Part shown: positions 21,662-34,061 of the stretch, piece by piece
How the letters are laid out: the number at the start of each line of letters is the position of its first letter
Position numbering within the stretch: the stretch's first letter is position 1
Assembly (NCBI RefSeq): GCF_001194135.2
Contig: NC_068987.1
Location: forward strand, 48,830,932 to 48,894,688
Source: Octopus bimaculoides
Taxonomy: Eukaryota
Length of the DNA: 63,757 nucleotides
Direction of reading: 5' to 3'
Program-made: the position numbers and the translations under genes
The notes under the pieces: generated by a model
Databases searched by the model: none
What the model was told of the DNA's origin: nothing
What the model saw: only the letters and a program-made list of their open reading frames with translations

Positions 21662-24600
21662 TAAATATGGATTTTAAAATATTGAACTGATGTGGAAATC
21701 AACTTTCATTACTATTTATTATCCTCCTTTATAATAAATTTTATACCTTGGAAGTGGCAGAATAGAAATATCTGAAACAAAAAGATATTTGAGCTGTTTG
21801 ATAGTGTATAACATAAATTCATAATTACATATTTATAAACATGATGTCACACTGAACAGAAATATTACAAAACTAACTGGATTATTTGAAATATTGCATT
21901 TTCTTTTTTAAATTTATTTTGGGTGTCTTTGTTGAGAAATGAAGATGAAGAATATATCTGATTAGCTATTGATATTCATCCTTTCTACAATTCACAATGA
22001 AAGAAGAATACTTTTTGAGGAAAATTTTTTCTCTCTGAATATAGATTATTATTTAGAAAAAATAAGAAATGTTGATGGCGGGAGGTCAAAATTGCTCTAC
22101 AGAACATGTGAAAATGAATGTTTGAAAATGAACTGTTTGATATGTCATACAAAACAATGGATTTGGTTATAGATTTCTTTACTCCTACTGGGCATTTGCA
22201 TAGTTGCCCCCTTTATTTTTGCTTTATTTTCTTAACCCTTTAGCATAATGCTTGTTTATACTTATTGTTTTGAATTAATCATGCAATATCTTGATGATGT
22301 GACTATTTTTGGACTGATATTGTAGGTTGGTGAGAGAAACCAGATCTGGTTAATTTAAGCATAAAACAGAAAAAACATTTTGGCTGCATATGGTCAGTTT
22401 AAAGGCCAAAGGGTTAAGGAATCCATAGATCATGACTAAAGACCTCACCTGCTTCTAGAGAGTTGGAACTCAATCAGGCTTGCAGGGCCCAACACTTTAC
22501 AAGTGATTAACTAAAAAAGAACATTATAGATGAGAAGAATAAGAGAAGCAAAATAACTTCAGTTGTGGTGTAGAAGTGGCTTGTTGGGAACTTACTGTCC
22601 ATTCTACAGCACATACTTTGTAAAGCTGAAGAGTTATGGAAAATATTTTCAGGGTATTTACTATCAATGTCACCTATTTTTCATATTTAATAATTTCTGT
22701 ACAATGTGACCTTCATGTTTATCAAACAATAGATTACATACATTTCAGTTATTACACCAACTATGAGCTCATACGTACATACATACATACATATCAACAA
22801 CTGTGAGTTTATGCATTTAATATACATACATAATACAAAGCATTCTGTACTAGCTTGTACATACATGATAGAAAATACCCTACATATCCTACATAATTTT
22901 AGCATAGGCATTCTGGAAAGAGAAAGAGAACAAGGACAGTAGAAAAAAAAAGAAAAAGGTTCTGAATGTTGAATATAATGATTTGTGTTGTTTTCATTAC
23001 CCATTATTTGAACTGATTAGTAAATGTGTTTGATCCTTGAAAGTGTTGGCAGCATTTTCTTTGGAATACAGCCCTATAGGTGAGTTGTACTGCCAGTTTC
23101 CTACAGCTTTTACTGTATTCCCTTTGTTTGCTTGTTGAGAGGGTAAAGGAGAAACACTTCGAGATCTGTTGGGTGACTGCATCGGATTCAAGGGTCTCAG
23201 GGTTGGAGGGGGTTCTGAAATAGTTGATCAGGTAAATAGTTTGTCATTTTATTAACATTTTTTTTTTATTATGAGTTGTAATTAAGAATGAGAGAGAGAG
23301 AGAGGGGTCATGAGTGAGTGAGTGAGAGAGAGANNNNNNNNNNNNNNNNNNNNNNNNNNNNNNNNNNNNNNNNNNNNNNNNNNNNNNNNNNNNNNNNNNN
23401 NNNNNNNNNNNNNNNNNNNNNNNNNNNNNNNNNNNNNNNNNNNNNNNNNNNNNNNNNNNNNNNNNNNNNNNNNNNNNNNNNNNNNNNNNNNNNNNNNNNN
23501 NNTATATATATATATATATATATATTTAGAGAGAGAGAGAGAGAGAGCTTAAGAAAAAGTTTAAGAGTCAGAAAGAATGTGAGAACGATAGAGAACACTG
23601 AGAGAAATCAATGTAAAAGTGAAAGCAAAAAAGAAGATAAAGATGACAAAAATGAGAAAGTGAGAAAGGAATGAATGTGAAGGAAGAACAAAGACACAAT
23701 GAGCTAATTTTTGAGAAAATGAATATAATGTATACCCACTTCTCTTTTTGCTTCTTTATTACCAGAGTTTTATCAAACATTGTTAGAATTATTGATAGTG
23801 TTTATATAATTAGATATAATAATGTTGACTGAATTAACTCCTAATGTATTACTGCTGTTTAGTTTTAAATAATAGAAGAATTAAAAAAAAATAATAATGG
23901 TAAAAGACAAAACTAAATGCAAAAAGTTGTTTGTCATATCATTGCTACATACTAGACTGTAAGAATATTATCTCTATAGTCTGGGTCAAATTATGCACAT
24001 TAAAGTTATCTTGGGCAAGTGTCTTCTACAATAGCCCTAAGCCAACCAAAGCCTTGTGAGTGAATTTGGTAGTTGGAAACTGAAAGAAGCCTGTTTATAT
24101 ATATGTACCTGCATCTGCATAGGTGTGTTTGTGTCTCTCTCTGTGCCTTGACATTGTGTAATAGTTGTACATGAGAATCACTGTCATATAAGCAGCATCA
24201 TTCATTTCCAATCTCTTGTGAAAACATGTTTAGCCACGTGGATATATTACCTTACTTGGAAACAGTTGAGGGGTGGTGACAAAAATGGCATCCAGCCAAA
24301 GGAAATCAGCCTAAATGAATTCCATGTGACCCATGCAAGTATAGGAAAGTGGATGTTAAATGATGACTTCTTACATAGGGATAAACAATGCCAAAATTTT
24401 GAAAGTAGGAACAGCCAGGTGTTTATTTTATTAATCTACTTTGGAAGAATGAAAAGTGATTTCAAAATAAGAATGATTTGAGCTGGAGAAACTATAGGGT
24501 CATAATTGTTGTAGCATCAAACATTGTATCTGGTGCTCTCATCAGACCAATAATTAGATTTATTGCAGTTTATTTTGACTGAAGCACAGATGGCTTTGTG

Positions 24601-27600
24601 TTCCTTCACATGGCATGGCATCTTGGTTTACTATAGACATAGCTTGGAAACTGTATGGAAGCTCATTGTTTTTGTCTTTGTTTGACAAAGCTTTGGTGGT
24701 GATGACATTTATAAAAAAAAATGTGGTGGTCCAATGTGCAAAGACAACGAATAAAATACCTTATTTGTGGGATGATTTCATGGTTTGGGTGTTATAGTGT
24801 GGATGCCCCACAGAGTGAGTACCTTGTGGTGTAGGTGTTTTAATGCAGAGAGGTGTAACATTGCAGTGTGTTGCATTATAATGTGATATGGTGCACTGCA
24901 TAGTACCATGTGTTTCATACCATTTAATGTATGCATGCTGCAGTATCAAGTGATGTCTAGTGCTGTATAGTGTAAAGTGGCATCACTATCATCATTTTTA
25001 CATCTCTTCCAGCTCCTCTCCAATTACTTACACTTTTATATAATTCTTTCTACTACAGGCACTAGGCCTGAAATTTTTTTCTTGTATGTGGTGGTGGGAT
25101 GGGGTGGGGACTAGGCCAGTTGATTACATTGAACACTGTGCTTGACTGGTATTTATTTCATTGATCCCCAAAAGAATGAAAGTCAAAATTGACCTCAGTG
25201 AAATTTGAACTCAGAACATAAAGATAGATGAAATGCCACTAAGCATATTGTCTGACATGCTAATGGTTCTGTCAGCTCACTGCCTTTCACTTTTATATAA
25301 TGCAAAGTAACATGTATCAAAACAACAGAAAGAAACCTGTTCTGGCTCCTTTCATTTCTTAGCCACTCATCTAGCATAAAGTTGCCTCCCTTTCTACTAT
25401 AGTTACATTCAGTCGAAGGGATCCTACTCTCGTAAAACTACATGGTAACCTCACTAGTGATGGTGCCATGAAAAAAAATAAAAGCTCCAGTACACTCTAG
25501 AAAGTGGTTGGCATTAGAAAGGGCAATCCAGCCATAGAAACCATGTTAAAGCAGACATTGGAACTCAACACAGCCCTGAAACTTATTGGATACTGTCAAA
25601 CCATCCAACACATGCCAGCATGGATGACAGACAAATAATGGCAATGATGGTGGTGTATATGTAAATCAATCTAATGCAGAGTTGTGTAGAAATATGAAAT
25701 GCTAAGTGTATAAGGCAGCAATACACAAATAATACATAATAGAAAAGCATAATGTGGTGTTTTAGTGCAGCCCACATCATATTTATTAATCCAGAACACC
25801 TGTACATTTGTCTGCAGTTAACCTCTTTCTACTACAGCGCTTGACACATGATAATCACATAAATAAGATAAATATAGAAAGAAAATAAAAATGTTTCATA
25901 ATCTAGTTTCTTGTAATTTTTTAAAATAGTTCTTCTTATGAGTTATTTTGAGATAAAAGTATTTTAACAATCTGGTGCTTCTATCCAGCACAGAACCAAA
26001 ATATTGTCAGTCACACTTTGAGTTTCATAACACAGAGCATAATGAATTCTTTCATCTCTCTCACTATCTACTATACACCAACCCAATCCTCTTTGTGCAT
26101 GTATATACCCACCCAACCCTCTGTAGGCACCTTCTAGATAGATGATAGCTAGGTATCTATAAGGAGTACAACAGAAACGACATAACTAAAACTAGTAATG
26201 TGTAAATATTGTGATAGATCTTGCAGCAAACAGGCTGTCTAGAAGGTTAGAGAAAGCTCTCCTTCAACTAAACAGAGATGTGTGTGAGAGAGAGAGGGGG
26301 AGGGCAAAAAAAAAAACACAAACACCTTTTCTTAGCTCTCTTATCAAATAGAAAAAAAACAACAAAAATATACTTGCTTTTTGATTATACTGAGCGACTG
26401 TTCCCCCACCCCATAGAATTAACAGCCAAGCCTATGTTAAACAGGTAGCAGCTAGCTTGCTTGCATGTAAACACCCTAGCTTATTTTCTTTCTGATATTG
26501 AGTTCCAGCTAGATAACTTTGTATTGTACACAACCAAATTTGGTCATGAATGACAATTGTATAAGTATACAGGTGGTATATTCCAGTGAGAAATAATTAG
26601 ACAAAATAACTTTTTTTTTTTAAATTAAGGAAATTATTTTCATTTGATTAGATATTTCATTTCATTTAGGTTTTCAGTACAGCTTTTTTTCTTCTTCATG
26701 TCAAATCTGAAATTTTTACACAGTGTTTGAATTCTTTGTCAAAGCATGTAGATTTGTATTCCTTCACTGCATTATAGAATGCATAATGGTCAGGTGGATA
26801 AAGTATTGGAAAACAAACTTACAAGCTATAAGTTCAAATTCAGCGCAGGCATATTGCTGTTTTTAAACATGACATTTGTTTCAGTTTAGCTTAGTTCACC
26901 AGTCTACCAAGAGTAGGGAGCAGATCATTTACAAACATTATTTCTGAAAACTTGGGGTCTCATTTCTAGTAGAATATACAGTTTACACATTTCAGAGTAT
27001 TTATCCCTAAACCATTACAAGACAAAGTCTTCAGTGGTGTTCCAATATCCCAAATGATTATGGAACTCAGCTGTAAAATCTGTCAGAGCTGGCAGGCATT
27101 TATTTTTAATCCAATTGTTTATCACTCAAACTATAACAGGTACTTATTTTACTAACTTTAAAAATAACAGGACTCAAAACAGTGATATCTAAAATTAATT
27201 ATCTATAAGACTATTTCTAGTCTATATTTAAAAAAAAAAGGACATTTCCAATCCATAGGGTTATAAGGTTAGTTTCCTGGTTTTTGTGGTGTATATTTCC
27301 CCAATCCTTGATGAGATGACATTCTGTTGCTGGATCATCCATTTTTGCCAGCTTCATGGATTAGATGAATGTGAAATGAAATGTTTTGCTCAAAAACATA
27401 ATACATTGTCTGGGCTAGGACTTGAAACCATAAGCTTACAATCATGAGTGCAACACCCTAACCACTAAGCCAGGCACCTCCATGGTGCTTATTTTACGAA
27501 CCCTAAAAATAACAGGACTCAAAACAATGATATCTAAGATTCTTGAGTCATCTCTTGACATTGGCTCTTTGCTGAATATTCAAAATATTCAAGTCTAATT

Positions 27601-30600
27601 GATTCAATCCTCTTAAATGTAAATAGGTACCATACAGAGGTATAAGCTCAAAGCTAAGTAACACAGTTACTGTGTGATTAAGATTAGCACAATTGTGCAG
27701 TATTAAACTTGAATCTTCTGCAAGCTAAAGAAAAGAATGGATATCCACCATAAATAATTCCAAACCTGTTAAAATGGCACTGAAGTGATTTCTCTGAGAT
27801 ATAAGAACAACAAATCATATTGATTTAATGTCTAAATGAAGAATGGATACTGAAACTTTAATGAATATCAATATCTTAATCCAGTGTCTAGACATTGCAT
27901 GCTTCCCTGAAGACCTTCAACTAATGTAGGACTGAGACGGATGGCATGCTCAGGTCAAAAATGCCTGAGCAAACTCAACCAGAAGATGATGAAAATGTTA
28001 ATTCTAGTATATACCCATCCCTATAGTACCATTGTAGAAGTCTTCAGTGAAGTGCAGATTGGATAACCAAACAGGTGCAATATCTCTGAATTTCATTTTG
28101 GACATTAATATATCTATCTTAACCAAGCTTCAAACTGCCTGCTTTGACTGGAATAAAGCAGACTGGAACTCTTATCGTACCGAGCTGCGACGCCCAAACT
28201 GGTTTGAATTTTATGTCTATGGAGATGTGAACACTATAATTCAGAACATTCTGAATTCAATATGGATGGTATGTGCAGCATCGGTACCACGCAAGCACAA
28301 AAAACCACTCAATAGTGCAATTTGGGAGACTGCTGCAGTCCGACTTGCCAGGAAAGAACGTCATAATGCTGAACAGGAATACAAAATGCACAAATCAGAA
28401 TCAGAGATTAACAGGAAAAAATGCAATAGATCATCCAACCATCTCAAGCAGGTGAAAAAAAGGCAGTACTTGAATTCAAACAGTGCATAGCAACCAACCC
28501 TGACAGCAAAGTGTTCTGGAGGTATGTACATTCAAAGCAGAGAACTCACACTCCAGTTGGTCCCCTTCGCAATCCCCACACAGTCCAGATTACTGACAAT
28601 CCCAAAGAATGTGCAGAAATTATTGCTGGATGCTATGCAGGTATCTTTACTGTCGAAAAGCAAAATGTTCCATCTCCATCACCTCTGACATCGGACTCTA
28701 TAACTACTATGAAATTTACACCAACAATGCTACAATGCCACCTTAAGAAATGTAACTATGCCTCTTCTGGTCTCGATGATGTTACATAGCTACTTCTCAA
28801 ACGTGGTTGGTGCTTTCTTCTGATCCAACTTTCACTATTCGTTCAATTCTGTCTTGACAATGGTGATACTCCAGAGCAGTGGAAAACTGCCAGTGTTATC
28901 CCTCTGTTCAAAAAAAGGTGACTGCACATCGCCTGTCAACTATCGCCCCGTCAGTCTTACTAGCTGCATCGCCAAACTGATAGAATATTGTGTCAGAGAA
29001 ACCCTCTGGAACTTCTGGAAGTTTCACAGCCTCATCCAGCCATCACAATTTGGATTTATTCCTAACTTCAGCTGCTGTAATCAATTCACTGAGTTTTTTG
29101 AGGACATTACCTGAATCACTGATGGCGGCTCCTGGGTGGATGTTGTTTACCTTGACTTTGCTAAGGCTTTTAATTCTGTGCCACACAAAAGACTTATCGT
29201 GAAACTCTCTGCAATGGGTGTAAGAGATGATCTCTATAACTGGTTGAAGTCCTTTATTATTGGCCAAAAAGAGGTTGTCACAGTTCTAGGACAGCACTCT
29301 TCACCCTATGAGATGACATCTGGTGTACCACAGGGATCTGTTCTTGGCCCCCTTCTATTTGTTGCATATATTAATGATATAGATGCCAACTTAAAGAATA
29401 TGCCACAGTGCTGAAATATGCAGATGACATCAAGCTGTACCTCGAAATAAAAAGGACAGATCCTGTACACTATAGATCTTTATTGCAATCAGACCTGGAC
29501 ACGATCCAGCAATGGATCATGGACTGGCAACTCAAGATGGCTGTGGACAAATGTACCACCATGCATTTTAGGAGGAAAAACCCAGTGTCTATTTACTCCC
29601 TCCACAACACTAATCTCAAAAAGTCTTCTTGTGAACGTGACCTGGGCATTATTGTTGACAGCAATTTATGTTGGACAAAACACATTGCTAAAATTGCCAA
29701 GAAGGCTGAGGGTGTCTTGGCATCACTTACCAAGTCCTTTGTGAGCTGCTCTCAGGCTATCTATCTGAGGCTTTATATAGCTATGGTGTGGCCTCACCTG
29801 GAATTTGCATCTCTGGTCTGAAACCGTTCAGCGGTATGCAACCAAGAGAATACCATCCATCAGGCATTTGCTATATTCTGAAAGCCTTACTTCCCTGGGC
29901 ATGGATACATCGAAACTCCTACGTCTGGCAGACACCAATAAAATTATTACCCATCTTACTAACAATAACTCTGAGCACCTTTTCAAATTCCACCTGTCTA
30001 ACACCCATGGACATGTTTACAAAGTCAGAAAACAGCACAGCTCCTATGACTTTTGTAAACACTTTTTCATGCTAAGAGTTGCTGAAGTATGGAACAAACT
30101 GCCAGCATCAGTTGTTAGTTGTTGGAGCACTGCATCCTTCAAAACTTCCATGATTCCTGAGATTCGCCAACACTATACCTGATTTTCTCCCCTCCATACA
30201 CACACAAGCATGTATCTGACTCGTACACTGTTCACTTTCCAGACATTTGTACATTACAGCATAGGCTTTATACGCACTTTTGACAAGTTGTAGTGCACCT
30301 GAGCACTGTATACAGTAATTTCATTATTATTATTATTTATATCCTATTTCTTCTTTTGTTAGGCTTTCAGAAAAATATAACTTATTTGAAATTCAGAAAT
30401 GTACTTGTCTGGCAAGTGATTTGATCTGAGATTGTGTGTTGAAACTAAAGCAATTACACAATGAAAACCATATTAATCATTCAAAAACACAAAAACTGTT
30501 CACTTCACTCATTATTGGATGTCAAAATTTTTATTGCACGATCTGCTATCTAATCATAGTTAGCAGTGTGAGGAAAATTTTGATATGAAATAATGATCAA

Positions 30601-30971
30601 GTGTAGTTAACAGTTTTTATTGTTTTTCAATGGTTAACATGTGTGTTTCATACTATAATAGCGTATTTGAAATTTGAAAGAATTTTTCTAAGATGGTGTC
30701 AGTCTAGGAACTTGGTATAAATCAACAACAGAAAACTGCTCAAAGCTTGTGCTACAGAATGATGATTTGGAATATTTTGGTTCTAGTACTAGTAAAATGG
30801 GAAAGTAATGTGTAGCTTTCATAATACTTCCATGAAAATGTAGAGAACAAGTGGAAACAAATTTGTTCTGGTCATTTTGACAAAAATGCTAACTTGGTTA
30901 ATTATATACAATGTTTGCATAAAATGTTATTGGATATATGCCTCCACAAGTTTATGGAGAAAAAATGTGGT

Positions 30972-31003
<32 letters not shown>

Positions 31004-33146
31004 TAAAGAGAGAGAGAGGAGAATTACTATCATTTCTTGTTTCAAACTTATCAAATTGTAATAAATATTTCCTTTAATATATCAAATCAGGAATTTTGCA
31101 GGTAAATTGATGGAGAAAGAAAAAAAGCCTTGGGATATGGCTTGATATCACACCTTACCTTGACCACTGTCCATCAAGCCTTGTAATAATTTGAAAGACC
31201 TTGACTGCTGTGTAGAAGTGGGGCGGTCTTCCTCAGCTTCTGTATATTTGTTAAGAGAGGGCTGAAAAACTGTTGGTGGAGGTGGAAAGGTTTCCCTGTA
31301 CATTGAAATATACACATAGGATAAAAACCAAGAACTGAACACACAACACAGAGTTGGAAGAGACAGAATAAGATGTGATAAGTAAATAGTTTCACATGCA
31401 TTGTGAAACAAATGTAAGATCAATGAAAACAAAAATAAAACAAATTGTCAGTGGGTTTTGACATGCTCTTCAATAAATTTTGTAAATTTCATCAACTTCA
31501 AACAAATCTAATAAGAACATGACATGCTTTTATTGAGAACCATGAGAAAAACTTAAACAAATTACAAAAATAAATTTTTTTACTTTAAATGTTTTAAAAG
31601 AAAAAAACAAAAAAAGAGAAAACGGTAAATATTAAAAAATTAAATCTATAATGAATGATAGATTATAAGAACTTCAGACTAAGTAAACAAAATATTGAAC
31701 ATGTGAATTCTGTGCATCTTTTTCTTTAAATTTCTTTAATTTCAATTTTAAATTTCTAATCCTGTACTGAATTATGGTAAAATGATTATCTCCCTTGTAA
31801 TAGCTGTAACCACATCTGGATTTCATTTCTAAAGGAACATTAAGTGAGTTATAGATGACCCAATTAAAATAACCCAATCATACATGTTTAAATTGGTTTT
31901 CAGTTATACTTTGACAATCCATAATACAAATATTGATTGTATAAAATTTTTAGAATTTGCCTCCTTAATTTTTATCATTATATCATTCTACATTAACTCT
32001 TTTGTTATCATTATTACTGTTGAAATACTCTGCTTTTGTTGCAATTAATTTTGAAAATAATGAAGAACTTAGTAAAAATAATTTTGTCATAGTTAAGCTG
32101 ATGTTTGGAACATAAATTAACATGAAATTTTGATGGAAAGTTTTAATGTAGATCATTTTAAAACAGGAAGTTTCTATCATAGAACAGACAATTCTAGACA
32201 TTCTTAATATATTTTCCTTGTTACCTAAGATCATCTGAATTTGTTGTTCATTTGATCTTCAAGGCTTACATCATGCTATACCTATCACGACTCCTGTTTT
32301 AGCTCTCTTCTAACTATAGTATGGAAACAGCCCACAGTGCTCACATTTCATTTCTGTGCAGTAACTGTTAGGTCTGCACCTTTGCAGAAACTCTCTCAGA
32401 CTCTGATATCAGTTTGAGTAAATATGCTCTGAATAAATTATAGCGTAAGTAAGTGACTAGCAGCTTTCCTAGAGGGGACTTATTTACAGTACATTAAAGA
32501 ATAAAATTCATTAAAACAAAGAATTTTGGTAGTTTGTTAAATATTGCATTCTGCACAATCCCCACTATTTCTTTTTTAACAAAACTAACATGATCACTTT
32601 TGTGTAGAACACAATATCAGAAGGATTTTTAACCCAGTTGCATCCACATCTTTTTTTTCCCTTTACTTTTCTTAAGAAAAAGAGTTTATTACTAAATTCT
32701 GGTTTGGTATGTTATTAGTTTAAAAATATCAATGTTTTCAAAATAACAATGACATGTAAATGAGATGAAAGCATGCTGAATATTAAGATATCATGCACAT
32801 ATAAAAAAAGAGGTCCTTCACACATTTTGGAATTTACCTCTCCCATATTATATCAACTTCCTTCAACAATAAAAATAAAACTACCGTGGCTAATCTATAG
32901 CCATTAGAAAGAAATGTAAAAAGAAAGGAGCAAAAAGGAAGAAAATTTAGTGGAAACTTCCCGGGGTAAGTCTTGCCTGTCTGTCATTCTATCTATCTAT
33001 AATATGGGAGTTTAGTTCACTGGTAATCTAAACCAATAGGTGGATAAGTGTTATAACAAATTATCTGGGTTCCAAGCTCGTAATTGAGACGAGAGCTATG
33101 GATCCATTTTAGGCTTCCGATTTAGCAGATATATATAAATACATAC

Positions 33147-33225
<79 letters not shown>

Positions 33226-33254
33226 TATATATATCTCTCGCTATATATATATAT

Positions 33255-33306
<52 letters not shown>

Positions 33307-33998
33307 ATATATATATACATACATATATTCGCCATGATAGATCGCTAGCCACTACACATTCTTTATTTTCTCTCCTTGTTTCTTTCTGTGGAAGTGCGTA
33401 GGCTCGAAATGTTAAAGACTTTTTCACTTCCTGAGCGTTAAACTAATACATCTGTTTGTTGTCTACACCACCTGTCTTCGTCTTTTGTTTTTTTGTGAAT
33501 TCCCCTCTACACATATACACACATATATATATATACATACATATATATATATATACATATCTATACATCTCTCTCTCTCCCCCTCCCCCCCTCTCTCTCT
33601 CTATATATATACTTCTATTTATCTATATATGTACACATTCACTTGCTATTTTCCAAACATTTAATGTACTTAGCTTAGTTTTTTCGGGCCTACCAATTTT
33701 GAGCAATCTCAATTGTAACAGGTCAAAACAGTATCGTAATTTGAAGCTTGACTGATGAATAGAGGGCCCTGAATGATCCATCCTGGATTTACCTGTCCGT
33801 ATGTTTTTATTGTTATCTGTTACGTTCTTATTTCGTTTTATACATACATATATATAAGAATGGTGGTACTAGGAGAAGGTAAGGTTATAAATAGTATTGT
33901 ATAAATATTGGGTTAAAAAGCCCTTTGGAAGGAAAAACTAATAACATGATGAAATTAAGTATTAAATAGAAAGGTATTTTATGCATACTATGTACGCA

Positions 33999-34061
<63 letters not shown>

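Noticed and set aside
22997-23000. Stop codons directly after exons A and C (GG|G TAA)
   Set aside because: Any phase-2 GTAA/GTAG/GTGA donor yields this, so it is not evidence of terminal exons by itself.
33096-33755. ORFs rich in YI/CV/ER/SL/TH repeats (also 1885-2088, 42215-42423, 55673-56077, 58132-58554)
   Set aside because: Translations of dinucleotide microsatellites.
33752-33800. CTGATGA followed by a GATCCA/TGGATT hairpin, like the 12-kb ribozyme
   Set aside because: No GAAA, stem III or stem I partner found. At most a fragment, so not called a hammerhead.
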